Below, one piece after another: positions 37,793 through 46,640 of a stretch of DNA of 64,000 nucleotides. How positions within the stretch are numbered: position 1 is the stretch's first letter; every line of letters starts with the position of its first letter. The position numbers and the translations under genes were made by a program. Location of the stretch: positions 62,001-126,000 of the IMG/VR virus record IMGVR_UViG_3300027816_000052; one strand, 5' to 3'. Below the pieces are notes generated by a model. That model did not search any database. It had not been told where the DNA came from and saw nothing but the letters and a program-made list of their open reading frames with translations.

Positions 37793-40527
37793 TGGCGCAC
37801 GTAGAACAAAGAAATTTTTGCATTAAAGTAAAAGAAAAGTTTCCTGATTTTTTTAAAAATAAAAAAGTCTTGGATATTGGTTCATTAGACATAAATGGTA
37901 GTAATCGAGATTTATTTGAGGATTGTGATTATATAGGATTAGACGTTGGTGAAGGTAGGAATGTCGATGTGGTATCTGTTGGTCATTTATATGATGCTCC
38001 AGATAGTTTTTTCGATACGATTATTTCTACTGAAGTCTTTGAACACGATATGTTCTATGAGGAAACCGTTAAAAACATAATGAGAATGTTAAAACCCGGT
38101 GGCTTATTTGTATTTACCTGTGCCGCACCGGGAAGACCGGAGCATGGAACTAGACGATGTGGTGAAGAGTGCGCTCCATTATTGATACAAATTTCAGAAG
38201 AATGGGCTGACTATTATAAAAATTTAGATAGCCATGATTTTAAAATTATACCAAGTTTTAATGAAACATTTCCCGATGGTTATTTTGAATTAAATAATTT
38301 ATATCTAGAAATACCATCTGATTTGTATTTTTATGGTATAAAAGGTGGTGAGAAATATTACATAAATAATATTGTTACAGAATACAATAAACCAGAATTT
38401 AATGAACATATTTTTGTTATTGATTCTTGGCCTGACGATGAAAAAAAAGAAAATGATTTAGTTAATTTAATTAAAAAATTAAAATCATTTAATATTCAAA
38501 TTTTACTAGCCGGACATTATCCGATTAAAGAAGAAATACAAAAAATGGTGGATTATTATATTTTTGATAAAAATAATCCATTATTACTTTCTAGTGAATT
38601 TAATTCGTTTGATGTTGGTAGTGGAAGATGGGCAGAAACTTCAGAATATAGAATAGATATGTCAATGGTCTTTCATCATGATTATGCAATATGGGAAACA
38701 ATGAGAACGGCATTTAATTTTTGTAAATTTTTAAATAAAAAATACATTCATTTCTTAGAATATGATAATAATCCAAATGTTTTCCAATATAAACAATGTT
38801 TTATTGAACAAATAATTAATCATGATGCAATCATATACGAATATAGTTTAGATTCAGCAAAAAATTTAAATCCATATTGTGCCACTTTTATTTTTTCAAT
38901 AAAAACAGATATCGCATTAAAATTAATTTCACAAATAAATTCAAAAACGGAATATTTTACTAACAAACCTAAAGGTTGGCAGTTAGAGCGAGTTTTTTTA
39001 GAAAAATTAACTAATGTTACAAATAACATAAAACTTTCAGAATATATTGCAAATGAAAATGAATTAAATACTCAAGCAGTTTGGAATAGAGATGGTATAG
39101 TTAAAAATGGTGCAATATTTCAATCCTACTTAGCTGTTGATTATAAAAATCATTTATATTTAGAACTAATATCTGGTTTTGATAGTAAAAAAGCTGATAA
39201 AGATTATATTATAGAGATTGAGTATCTTTCAACAAGAAAGTTTATAACATTAAAAAAAGATAACATGATGATTGTTCCGTTAGGGGAATATCACGTTGGA
39301 GGTTATGTTAAATTATATTATGAGGGGGTTTTAATTTTTAATGAATTTCTATATAAATCAGCAAAAAAATTTAGAGAAGTGAGTTCAATTATTTTAAAAA
39401 ATGAGTCACTACCTGAACCCAAAATTAATATTAATTTTATTGATGGGGCGTTTGTTGAAATATTAGATGATATTGATTCTAAATATGATGTTGAATTTAT
39501 AGATAAGCAAACAAATCGTGTAATTTTTGGAACAACAATAAAAAATAATTGTTGGGCTAAATGTAATAAAAAATATTTTATTGATTGGAAAATCAAAATT
39601 AAATCACAATACGGTAAAGAATATACATATGACTTAGATTTAAAAAATCAAAATGTTTTGATTTCATTTGAGTCTAAATCCTTAGGGGATACTTTAGCGT
39701 GGATGTCATATGTTGAGGCTTTCGGTATCAAACACGGATGTAATGTTATCTGCTCAACATTCCACAATGATTTATTTGTAAACCAATATAAAAATATTAA
39801 ATTCGTTAAACCGGGAAATACAGCTAGTAATATAATTGCTCTTTATAGATTAGGTGTTTTTTATAATGGAAATAATTTTAATGAGGAATATCATTTAATG
39901 GACCCAAAAAAGGAACCACTATTAAAAATAGCTTCCGACATATTGGGATTAGAATATAAAGAATTAAAACCAAGTCTTCCCGTTTTATCAATAAAAAAAG
40001 AAAAACGAGTTTGTATAGCAACACATTCAACCGCACAATGCAAGTATTGGAATAACCCAACTGGTTGGCAAGAAGTTGTTGATTTCTTGATAGAAAATGG
40101 ATATGAAGTTAGATTGTTGTCAATTGAAGAAGATGGATATATGGGTAATAAAAATCCTATCGGTGTTACACAACAACCAAAAGGTGAAATAACAGATGTC
40201 CTTAAAACATTACAGGAATCGGAATTTTTTATTGGTATTAGTAGCGGACTAAGCTGGTTAGCTTGGGCATCTGGAATTAAAACAATACTAATATCCGGTT
40301 TTACTGATAAATATTTAGAACCATTAAATGATATTTATCGGGTAATAAATAAAGAAGTATGTCATGGGTGTTGGCACACACATAAATTTGACGCTGGCGA
40401 CTGGAATTGGTGTCCAATACACAAAGGAACATCTAGAGAATTTGAATGCTCTAAATCAATAACCGCAGACCAAGTTATTAATTTAATTAAAAATGAAAAT
40501 TTATGTTCAAATTGCGTCATATCGTGA
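37792..40527 (+). CDS. methyltransferase + Aah/TibC-type (BAHT) protein O-heptosyltransferase fusion
   Basis: N-terminus VLDIGSLDING..TEVFEHD; C-terminus KYFIDW...SLGDTLAW...STAQCKYWNNPTGW...FIGISSGLSWLAW...LISGF...CHGCW...WCP.HKGT.R.FECSK (iron-finger Cys). Confidence 0.85.
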   Translation: MAHVEQRNFCIKVKEKFPDFFKNKKVLDIGSLDINGSNRDLFEDCDYIGLDVGEGRNVDVVSVGHLYDAPDSFFDTIISTEVFEHDMFYEETVKNIMRMLKPGGLFVFTCAAPGRPEHGTRRCGEECAPLLIQISEEWADYYKNLDSHDFKIIPSFNETFPDGYFELNNLYLEIPSDLYFYGIKGGEKYYINNIVTEYNKPEFNEHIFVIDSWPDDEKKENDLVNLIKKLKSFNIQILLAGHYPIKEEIQKMVDYYIFDKNNPLLLSSEFNSFDVGSGRWAETSEYRIDMSMVFHHDYAIWETMRTAFNFCKFLNKKYIHFLEYDNNPNVFQYKQCFIEQIINHDAIIYEYSLDSAKNLNPYCATFIFSIKTDIALKLISQINSKTEYFTNKPKGWQLERVFLEKLTNVTNNIKLSEYIANENELNTQAVWNRDGIVKNGAIFQSYLAVDYKNHLYLELISGFDSKKADKDYIIEIEYLSTRKFITLKKDNMMIVPLGEYHVGGYVKLYYEGVLIFNEFLYKSAKKFREVSSIILKNESLPEPKININFIDGAFVEILDDIDSKYDVEFIDKQTNRVIFGTTIKNNCWAKCNKKYFIDWKIKIKSQYGKEYTYDLDLKNQNVLISFESKSLGDTLAWMSYVEAFGIKHGCNVICSTFHNDLFVNQYKNIKFVKPGNTASNIIALYRLGVFYNGNNFNEEYHLMDPKKEPLLKIASDILGLEYKELKPSLPVLSIKKEKRVCIATHSTAQCKYWNNPTGWQEVVDFLIENGYEVRLLSIEEDGYMGNKNPIGVTQQPKGEITDVLKTLQESEFFIGISSGLSWLAWASGIKTILISGFTDKYLEPLNDIYRVINKEVCHGCWHTHKFDAGDWNWCPIHKGTSREFECSKSITADQVINLIKNENLCSNCVIS

Positions 40528-41740
40528 CCCGCAATTAATTCCGACAATTAAAAATTTATTAGAAAATTCAAAAAATCCAGAAAATTTAAGGATTGGTATT
40601 GCTAGACAATATCATCCAGAAGATAAATTTGATGATTTGTCTGAGTATGATAACGATGAACGATTTAGAATTTTAAATATTCCATATGAAGAATCTTTAG
40701 GTGTTTGTTGGGCTAGACATTTGATTCAACAACTTTATGATAATGAGGAATATACCCTTCAGATAGATTCTCACATGAGATTTGAAAAAGATTGGGATGA
40801 AACATTAATTAATATGCTTGAAGGATTAAAAAAAGATGGTTATAGAAAGCCACTATTAACAGCATATGTACCATCATTTAATCCTGAAAATGACCCTAAT
40901 GATAGAGTCAAGGTTCCTTGGCGGATGGTTTTTGATAAGTTTACACCAGAAGGTGTTGTATTTTTTCTTCCTGAGGTTATCCAAAATTGGAAACAATTAG
41001 ATAAACCAATTCCTGCTAGATTTTACTCTGCACATTTTTGTTTTACAATTGGACAATTTGCGTTAGAGGCGCAACATGACCCCGAATATTATTTTCATGG
41101 TGAAGAGATTTCTATCGCAGCAAGAGCATATACACATGGATATGATTTATTTCATCCGCATAAGGTCATTCTTTGGCATGAATATACTAGAAAGGGTAGA
41201 ACAAAGCATTGGGACGATATACAAAATTGGTCAGCTTTAAACAAAGAATCACACAGAAGAAATAGAGTATTATTTGGTATGGATAATGAAATTCAAAACA
41301 TTGATTTTGGTAGATTTGGTTTTGGTAAATTAAGAACTTTAAGAGATTATGAAAAATATGTTGGTTTATTATTTGAAAAACGTGCTATACAGCAATACAC
41401 GTTAGATAAAAAATATGCACCAAATCCATATACATTTAATGATGAAAATGAGTGGAAAAATAGTTTTGCATCAAAGTTTAAATATGATATAAAAGTTCCA
41501 AAAATTAATTTACAAGAAAAAGATTATGAGTTTTTTGCTATTGCTTTTCACGACAAAAAAGATGAAACGTTATACAGAAAAGATGCAGACAAGATTGAAA
41601 TTTTTAATTCTTTTAAGACAGTTGATGACTTTATAACAATTAGGAGAGAATTTAATAATGAACAAATTCCGGCGTATTGGGTTGTTTGGCCTTATAGTAA
41701 AACAAAAGGATGGTGCGATAGATTGGTAGGTGAAATTTAA
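40493..41740 (+). CDS. Skp1-type (GT60/Gnt1-like) protein GlcNAc transferase
   Basis: IYVQIASYRD, G.CWAR...Q......LQIDSHMRF..DWD, F.GEEI..AARAYT.GYD, WHEY. Confidence 0.85.
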   Translation: MKIYVQIASYRDPQLIPTIKNLLENSKNPENLRIGIARQYHPEDKFDDLSEYDNDERFRILNIPYEESLGVCWARHLIQQLYDNEEYTLQIDSHMRFEKDWDETLINMLEGLKKDGYRKPLLTAYVPSFNPENDPNDRVKVPWRMVFDKFTPEGVVFFLPEVIQNWKQLDKPIPARFYSAHFCFTIGQFALEAQHDPEYYFHGEEISIAARAYTHGYDLFHPHKVILWHEYTRKGRTKHWDDIQNWSALNKESHRRNRVLFGMDNEIQNIDFGRFGFGKLRTLRDYEKYVGLLFEKRAIQQYTLDKKYAPNPYTFNDENEWKNSFASKFKYDIKVPKINLQEKDYEFFAIAFHDKKDETLYRKDADKIEIFNSFKTVDDFITIRREFNNEQIPAYWVVWPYSKTKGWCDRLVGEI

Positions 41741-41772
41741 TTATTTGATATATTTATTATTAAAAATAATAA

Positions 41773-42138
41773 ATGGAATTCTTTATTAAAAAAAACGCAA
41801 CACTTCCTGTTTTAAAAATGCAAGTTTTAAATAATGGTAGGCATGAATATAAAACATTTATGAATTTACTTGAAACTGCGACAATTTCATTTACAATGAT
41901 TAATGAAGCTACTGGAATACCAAAAATAGCAAATGCTCCAGCATATATAACAGATAAAATTTTTGAAAATCCTAATGCTGATAGGGAATATTATGTTTAT
42001 TATCTTTTTTCACAGAAAGACACTAATAAGGTAGGACGTTATCAGGGTCAATTTGTACTAGCCTTGAATAACGGGACATTAATTTGTCCAATCAGAGAGG
42101 ATTTATACATAAATATAACGGATAGTACAATTTCATAA
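41773..42138 (+). CDS. BppU-like baseplate/fibre attachment protein
   Basis: FFIKKNATLP.L...F.M......Y.F...DT...G.Y...F. Confidence 0.55.
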   Translation: MEFFIKKNATLPVLKMQVLNNGRHEYKTFMNLLETATISFTMINEATGIPKIANAPAYITDKIFENPNADREYYVYYLFSQKDTNKVGRYQGQFVLALNNGTLICPIREDLYINITDSTIS

Positions 42139-42140
42139 AA

Positions 42141-42641
42141 ATGAATTTTTTTATAAAAAAAAATGCAACACTACCATTTTTGGTATTAAAAATAATTAAA
42201 GGTGAGGTAGATGATTTCTATGAATATTTTGATTCATTATCTTCAACCACAATTAATTTCTCAATGAGAGATACTGAAACAAAAAAATTAAAAATAGTTA
42301 ATGATTCATGTAACATAGAAAAAAATGAAAATGAAGAAAGAGATGAATATTTAATTTATTATCAATTTAAAAATCACCATACCAAATTAATAGGTCGCTA
42401 CGAAGCGGAATTTAATATTCAAGAAAATCAAAAAAAAATAGGTTTACCATTAAAAAATAAACTCTATATTAATGTTGTTGATAGTTTTGCGGCAAATAAT
42501 CTTTCATATAGTTCTACTACAGCAACAATAGTAAGTAATAATTGTTGTGTAACATCTATAACACAAGAAACTTTCTTCTTATTAACAGAAGATAATATAA
42601 TACTTGCAACTGAAGATGGTGAAAATATTCTATGGATATAA
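42141..42641 (+). CDS. BppU-like protein (tandem paralog)
   Basis: Same FFIKKNATLP start; C-terminus LLTEDNIILATEDGENIL. Confidence 0.55.
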   Translation: MNFFIKKNATLPFLVLKIIKGEVDDFYEYFDSLSSTTINFSMRDTETKKLKIVNDSCNIEKNENEERDEYLIYYQFKNHHTKLIGRYEAEFNIQENQKKIGLPLKNKLYINVVDSFAANNLSYSSTTATIVSNNCCVTSITQETFFLLTEDNIILATEDGENILWI

Positions 42642-42662
42642 TATTTATATTTAAAAAAGATT

Positions 42663-43931
42663 ATGGCTAATAAAAAAATTAGTAACTTACCTGAGTATAA
42701 CACACCACAACCAAATGATGTGTTACCAATTGTTAATGTTGCTAATAGCGTAACACAAAAAGTACTATTTTCAGCAATTAGTCAAACAATAACATCAGGA
42801 TTAGTTGATGTTTTTGTGACTGGTGGTACTTATTCAGCTGGAACAGCAACATTTATAAATAATACTGGCGGAACGTTTAGTGTTAGTGGCTTTACCGATA
42901 GTCAAGCAGGTTCCTCAGGAACATCAGGGACAAGTGGCTCATCTGGCTCTAGCGGAACATCAGGGATAAGCGGCTCTTCAGGAAGTTCTGGAACATCTGG
43001 TACAAGTGGTTCATCAGGAAGTTCTGGTACAAGTGGTTCATCTGGTAGTTCAGGAACATCTGGAACAAGTGGTTCATCAGGAAGTTCTGGTACAAGTGGT
43101 TCGTCAGGTTCTTCAGGAACAAGTGGTTCATCTGGTAGTTCAGGAACATCTGGAACAAGTGGTTCATCAGGAAGTTCTGGTACAAGTGGTTCGTCAGGAA
43201 GTTCTGGTACAAGTGGTTCGTCAGGTTCTTCAGGAACAAGTGGTTCATCAGGAAGTTCTGGTTCTTCAGGTACAAGTGGAATAAATGGTTCTTCTGGAAC
43301 ATCAGGAACAAGTGGTTCATCTGGTAGTTCAGGAACATCTGGAACAAGTGGTTCATCAGGAAGTTCTGGTACAAGTGGTTCATCAGGAAATTCTGGTTCT
43401 TCAGGAACAAGTGGTTCATCTGGTAGTTCAGGAACATCAGGAACAAGTGGTTCATCAGGAAGTTCTGGCACAAGTGGTTCGTCAGGTTCTTCAGGAACAA
43501 GTGGTTCATCTGGTAGTTCAGGAACATCTGGAACAAGTGGTTCATCAGGAAGTTCTGGTACAAGTGGTTCGTCAGGTTCTTCTGGTACAAGTGGTTCATC
43601 AGGAAGTTCTGGTTCTTCAGGTACAAGTGGAATAAATGGTTCTTCTGGAACATCTGGTACAAGTGGTTCTTCAGGAAGTTCTGGTACAAGTGGTTCATCA
43701 GGTTCTAGCGGAACATCTGGCACAAGTGGTTCTTCAGGAAGTTCAAGTGTTACTAATTTTCCGGTAACTTTTAATAATTCTGGAAGTGGAAATGCATCTG
43801 GGGTTAATTTTGATGGTTCTGTTGCACGAACTGTTAGTTTTAATACAATAGGTGCAAATAAAGTAATAACCTCTGGTACCGCTGCTCCGACCGGAGGTAA
43901 TGATGGAGACATCTATTTACAATTTACATAA
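42663..43931 (+). CDS. fibre protein with a long Gly-Ser-Ser/Gly-Thr-Ser repeat
   Basis: MANKKISNLP N-terminus; ~280 aa of G-X-X repeats; C-terminus SGTAAPTGGNDGDIYLQ. Confidence 0.75.
   Translation: MANKKISNLPEYNTPQPNDVLPIVNVANSVTQKVLFSAISQTITSGLVDVFVTGGTYSAGTATFINNTGGTFSVSGFTDSQAGSSGTSGTSGSSGSSGTSGISGSSGSSGTSGTSGSSGSSGTSGSSGSSGTSGTSGSSGSSGTSGSSGSSGTSGSSGSSGTSGTSGSSGSSGTSGSSGSSGTSGSSGSSGTSGSSGSSGSSGTSGINGSSGTSGTSGSSGSSGTSGTSGSSGSSGTSGSSGNSGSSGTSGSSGSSGTSGTSGSSGSSGTSGSSGSSGTSGSSGSSGTSGTSGSSGSSGTSGSSGSSGTSGSSGSSGSSGTSGINGSSGTSGTSGSSGSSGTSGSSGSSGTSGTSGSSGSSSVTNFPVTFNNSGSGNASGVNFDGSVARTVSFNTIGANKVITSGTAAPTGGNDGDIYLQFT
42908..43746 (+). repeat. 9-nt (GSS/GTS) tandem repeat with higher-order duplication
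   Basis: ggt tca tca / gga aca agt units; the rare GIN unit recurs 351 nt apart (43271, 43622). Confidence 0.9.
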
Positions 43932-43940
43932 TCGCTCAAT

Positions 43941-44120
43941 ATGATTAAAATAGAAAAAAATACAGAAGTAGAATCAAACATAAACTACATAACTTGTGAA
44001 AGTGGGGAATTTAACGATACCGATTTAGTTAAGTGTAGACTTAAAACCAAACTTTCAGAAAACACCGTTATGTTTCTAGTATCACAAATAAAAAACACAA
44101 CCAATGAAAGTAGCATTTGA
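43941..44120 (+). CDS. small hypothetical protein (59 aa; not in ORF track)
   Basis: Hand translation MIKIEKNTEVESNINYITCESGEF...NESSI*; fills the gap and overlaps the next start. Confidence 0.55.
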   Translation: MIKIEKNTEVESNINYITCESGEFNDTDLVKCRLKTKLSENTVMFLVSQIKNTTNESSI

Positions 44121-46245
44121 ACAGATATTTAATGGGTCGCTAGACCAAGTTGCAATAGGTGGTGCTTATGACGCAACAAAAATAAACAGAGGTAAGCATA
44201 CAGGACAATTCAATCTTGGAGCAAACGCGATTGATAAATTCGTAGGTCCAGCACCTGTTGGTGTTGCTAACTTCGGTCAATCATCATTAGCTATACCCTC
44301 TCAGTTTGTTCATCCAGTCAAAATAACAGACGATTTATTTTGGATTTTTGGTGCGGATGTTGCTAGTGCAGGAGCTACACGTAGAGTCCAATTATGGACT
44401 TTTGTCCCTTCTACCAATACGTACACTTTTATAGGCGCAATTACTTGTACATTTCCTACCGCTACTGCTCATACAGTAAGAGGCATTCGTGTTATTCTTG
44501 AAAACTACACAACAGGTACAGTAGGTGTAAGCGGTACGGCAGTAACAGGTTCGGGAACCACTTGGAATACAGACAGACTTTCTGTAGGTTCACGCATAGG
44601 GTTTGGTTCTACCAATCCTAATAATATTACACAGTGGTTTCAAATATCTGCTATTGGTTCTGATACAACAATCACGTTGACAACTTCAGCAGGAACAGTA
44701 GCATCAGGGACACCTTATGTCATTCAGGATTTAATGATTGTGCAAGCTACAACCAACGCAACTGTTACTAATGGTGGATTGTTTGTGACAAAAGGGTTAC
44801 AATATGGCGATTTCCAAAATCCAGCAATAGTCATTCCTGCTGCTACTACCGTTGATAGGATAAAGGCGGTGTATTGGTTGAAAGATGCGGCCACTATAAC
44901 GAATGACGTTATTGGTGGATGTGCCTTAGGAGATAGAGATAGTTGGACTCAACAATACATCTATTCTACTGAAGGTGCATCAACTACATTAGCGATTTAC
45001 CGATATAACATTAGAGCGGCTCTTACTCCAAGTGCGGGTGCATTTACACTTACTGGGACAGATATTGTTATTACGGGAAACCAAGCAGTAACGGGTAACA
45101 TTTCTCAGTTTAACAATGGTAGAGTGGCTACATTGCAACACGGAGCGGGCAGTGGTGTTCCTTCTTTATACCTATTCACTACTACTCGTATTATTCGTGT
45201 TCCTATTTCAAACATAACAGCAGGTAACACTTCCTTTGTTGCAGATACTATGAGCGAAGTCGTTCCGGGCGGTACTGAAACAAATGTTGCTATTGGCACA
45301 TTTGCTACATTTGATGTTGCTCAATCAATGGATAAACTTGTTATCGCTGGGGGGGCAGGCACAGTATCATTGTACATCACCGATTATTACACAGGGGGTC
45401 AGCAAATGGATAGGAGATCAAATATCATATCAACACAAATGGTTTCATCACTGCGTGACGTTGACAGTCCAATTTATGTTCACCAAATTCCAAGCCAAGC
45501 GCCTTCTGTTTGGGTTGAAGATGGATGGTTATTTTGGATGTATGGTACGACCACAACAACTAATACAAATGCTTTAAGTGTATATCCACTTGCAGCAGAT
45601 TTGGATTTTCAAGCTGAAGTAAACAACAGGATAATACTACCTAAAATAACATTGGGTGCTACACCCGCAAAATTATACAGAGTTGCTACCACCAGTATGG
45701 GAAATGTAGGCGATGTTACAATGGGCGTATCGCCTGATTTTTACAGAATTCAGGTTCGCACATCAGGTATTGATAACAATAGTGGAGGATGGACTGATAT
45801 ATCACAAGACGGTGATTTATCAGGACTTGGCACACCTTCAACTATCCAATTTGCTTTGCAGTTTAGAACTGCGGGTGTAATTATGTTACCTGCAAGGGTT
45901 TTAAGTTTGGCTTTATTGTACGAAACTGACGATGCTCTACCTTCTCAATATCGTTGGAATTACGCCGATTTCAACACTTCTAACGGAACATTTGCGTGGG
46001 TTCAAGCAATTCTTTTTGGAACGACGATTGGAACACACACCATCAACATTTATCGTGCCGATACGGATGCCTTGGTGCTTACACAAGCAAGCACATCAAC
46101 TACCAATGGTACATTCGAGAATTGGGATGGTAGTGCGTGGGTAGCTGGTTTAGGTGCCGATACTGTAGGAAGAAGGAGAAGGTTTGTTCCTTCAGGTTCA
46201 TTACCCGGATCAGTTGATTTATATGCTAAAATAACAATTGCTTAA
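44104..46245 (+). CDS. putative tail fibre / receptor-binding protein
   Basis: Thr/Gly/Ala-rich; YTTGTVGVSGTAVTGSGTTW...IGSDTTITL fibre motif; visibly higher GC than flanks. Confidence 0.6.
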   Translation: MKVAFEQIFNGSLDQVAIGGAYDATKINRGKHTGQFNLGANAIDKFVGPAPVGVANFGQSSLAIPSQFVHPVKITDDLFWIFGADVASAGATRRVQLWTFVPSTNTYTFIGAITCTFPTATAHTVRGIRVILENYTTGTVGVSGTAVTGSGTTWNTDRLSVGSRIGFGSTNPNNITQWFQISAIGSDTTITLTTSAGTVASGTPYVIQDLMIVQATTNATVTNGGLFVTKGLQYGDFQNPAIVIPAATTVDRIKAVYWLKDAATITNDVIGGCALGDRDSWTQQYIYSTEGASTTLAIYRYNIRAALTPSAGAFTLTGTDIVITGNQAVTGNISQFNNGRVATLQHGAGSGVPSLYLFTTTRIIRVPISNITAGNTSFVADTMSEVVPGGTETNVAIGTFATFDVAQSMDKLVIAGGAGTVSLYITDYYTGGQQMDRRSNIISTQMVSSLRDVDSPIYVHQIPSQAPSVWVEDGWLFWMYGTTTTTNTNALSVYPLAADLDFQAEVNNRIILPKITLGATPAKLYRVATTSMGNVGDVTMGVSPDFYRIQVRTSGIDNNSGGWTDISQDGDLSGLGTPSTIQFALQFRTAGVIMLPARVLSLALLYETDDALPSQYRWNYADFNTSNGTFAWVQAILFGTTIGTHTINIYRADTDALVLTQASTSTTNGTFENWDGSAWVAGLGADTVGRRRRFVPSGSLPGSVDLYAKITIA

Positions 46246-46547
46246 TGAGTTTACAATTAACATTCGGTGGAGCAGAGACTGTTCTGGTACGAGATACCGG
46301 AACAGCTAATGCTGTGCAAGGATTTGTTAGTGAAGAAATTGTTGTTTCTAAGAACGTAACTGCACTACCTACCAACTTTTTATTCCAATTATATGAATAC
46401 ATTCAGGCTCCACTAGTATCAATAACGGGTACAGTTGCTTGGATAAAAGTAAGTGGAGTTTGGAAGCAAGCCATAGTATGGTTAAAGGTAGGTGGTGTTT
46501 GGAAGATAACAACCCCGTTTATTAAAGTAAGTGGAGTTTGGAAGTGA
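46245..46547 (+). CDS. fibre-associated protein with three (W/F)xKVxGVWK repeats
   Basis: WIKVSGVWK, WLKVGGVWK, FIKVSGVWK. Confidence 0.55.
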   Translation: MSLQLTFGGAETVLVRDTGTANAVQGFVSEEIVVSKNVTALPTNFLFQLYEYIQAPLVSITGTVAWIKVSGVWKQAIVWLKVGGVWKITTPFIKVSGVWK

Positions 46548-46550
46548 TTA

Positions 46551-46580
46551 TTGACAATACTAATCATAATTCTTATTTTT
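46551..46580 (+). promoter_or_regulatory. putative early/middle promoter of the DNA polymerase gene
   Basis: TTGACA-N17-TATTTT upstream of ATG 46641. Confidence 0.5.
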
Positions 46581-46640
46581 AAGAAAAAGGTAAATGTCAT
46601 TATGTATGACAGCAAATAAACCACTTAAATTTATAAACTT

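Noticed and set aside
42902-43912. Long antisense and alternate-frame ORFs over the GSS repeat (42902..43912, 42949..43698, 43006..43635)
   Set aside because: Stop-free by-products of the 9-nt repeat; low-complexity translations with no initiation context.
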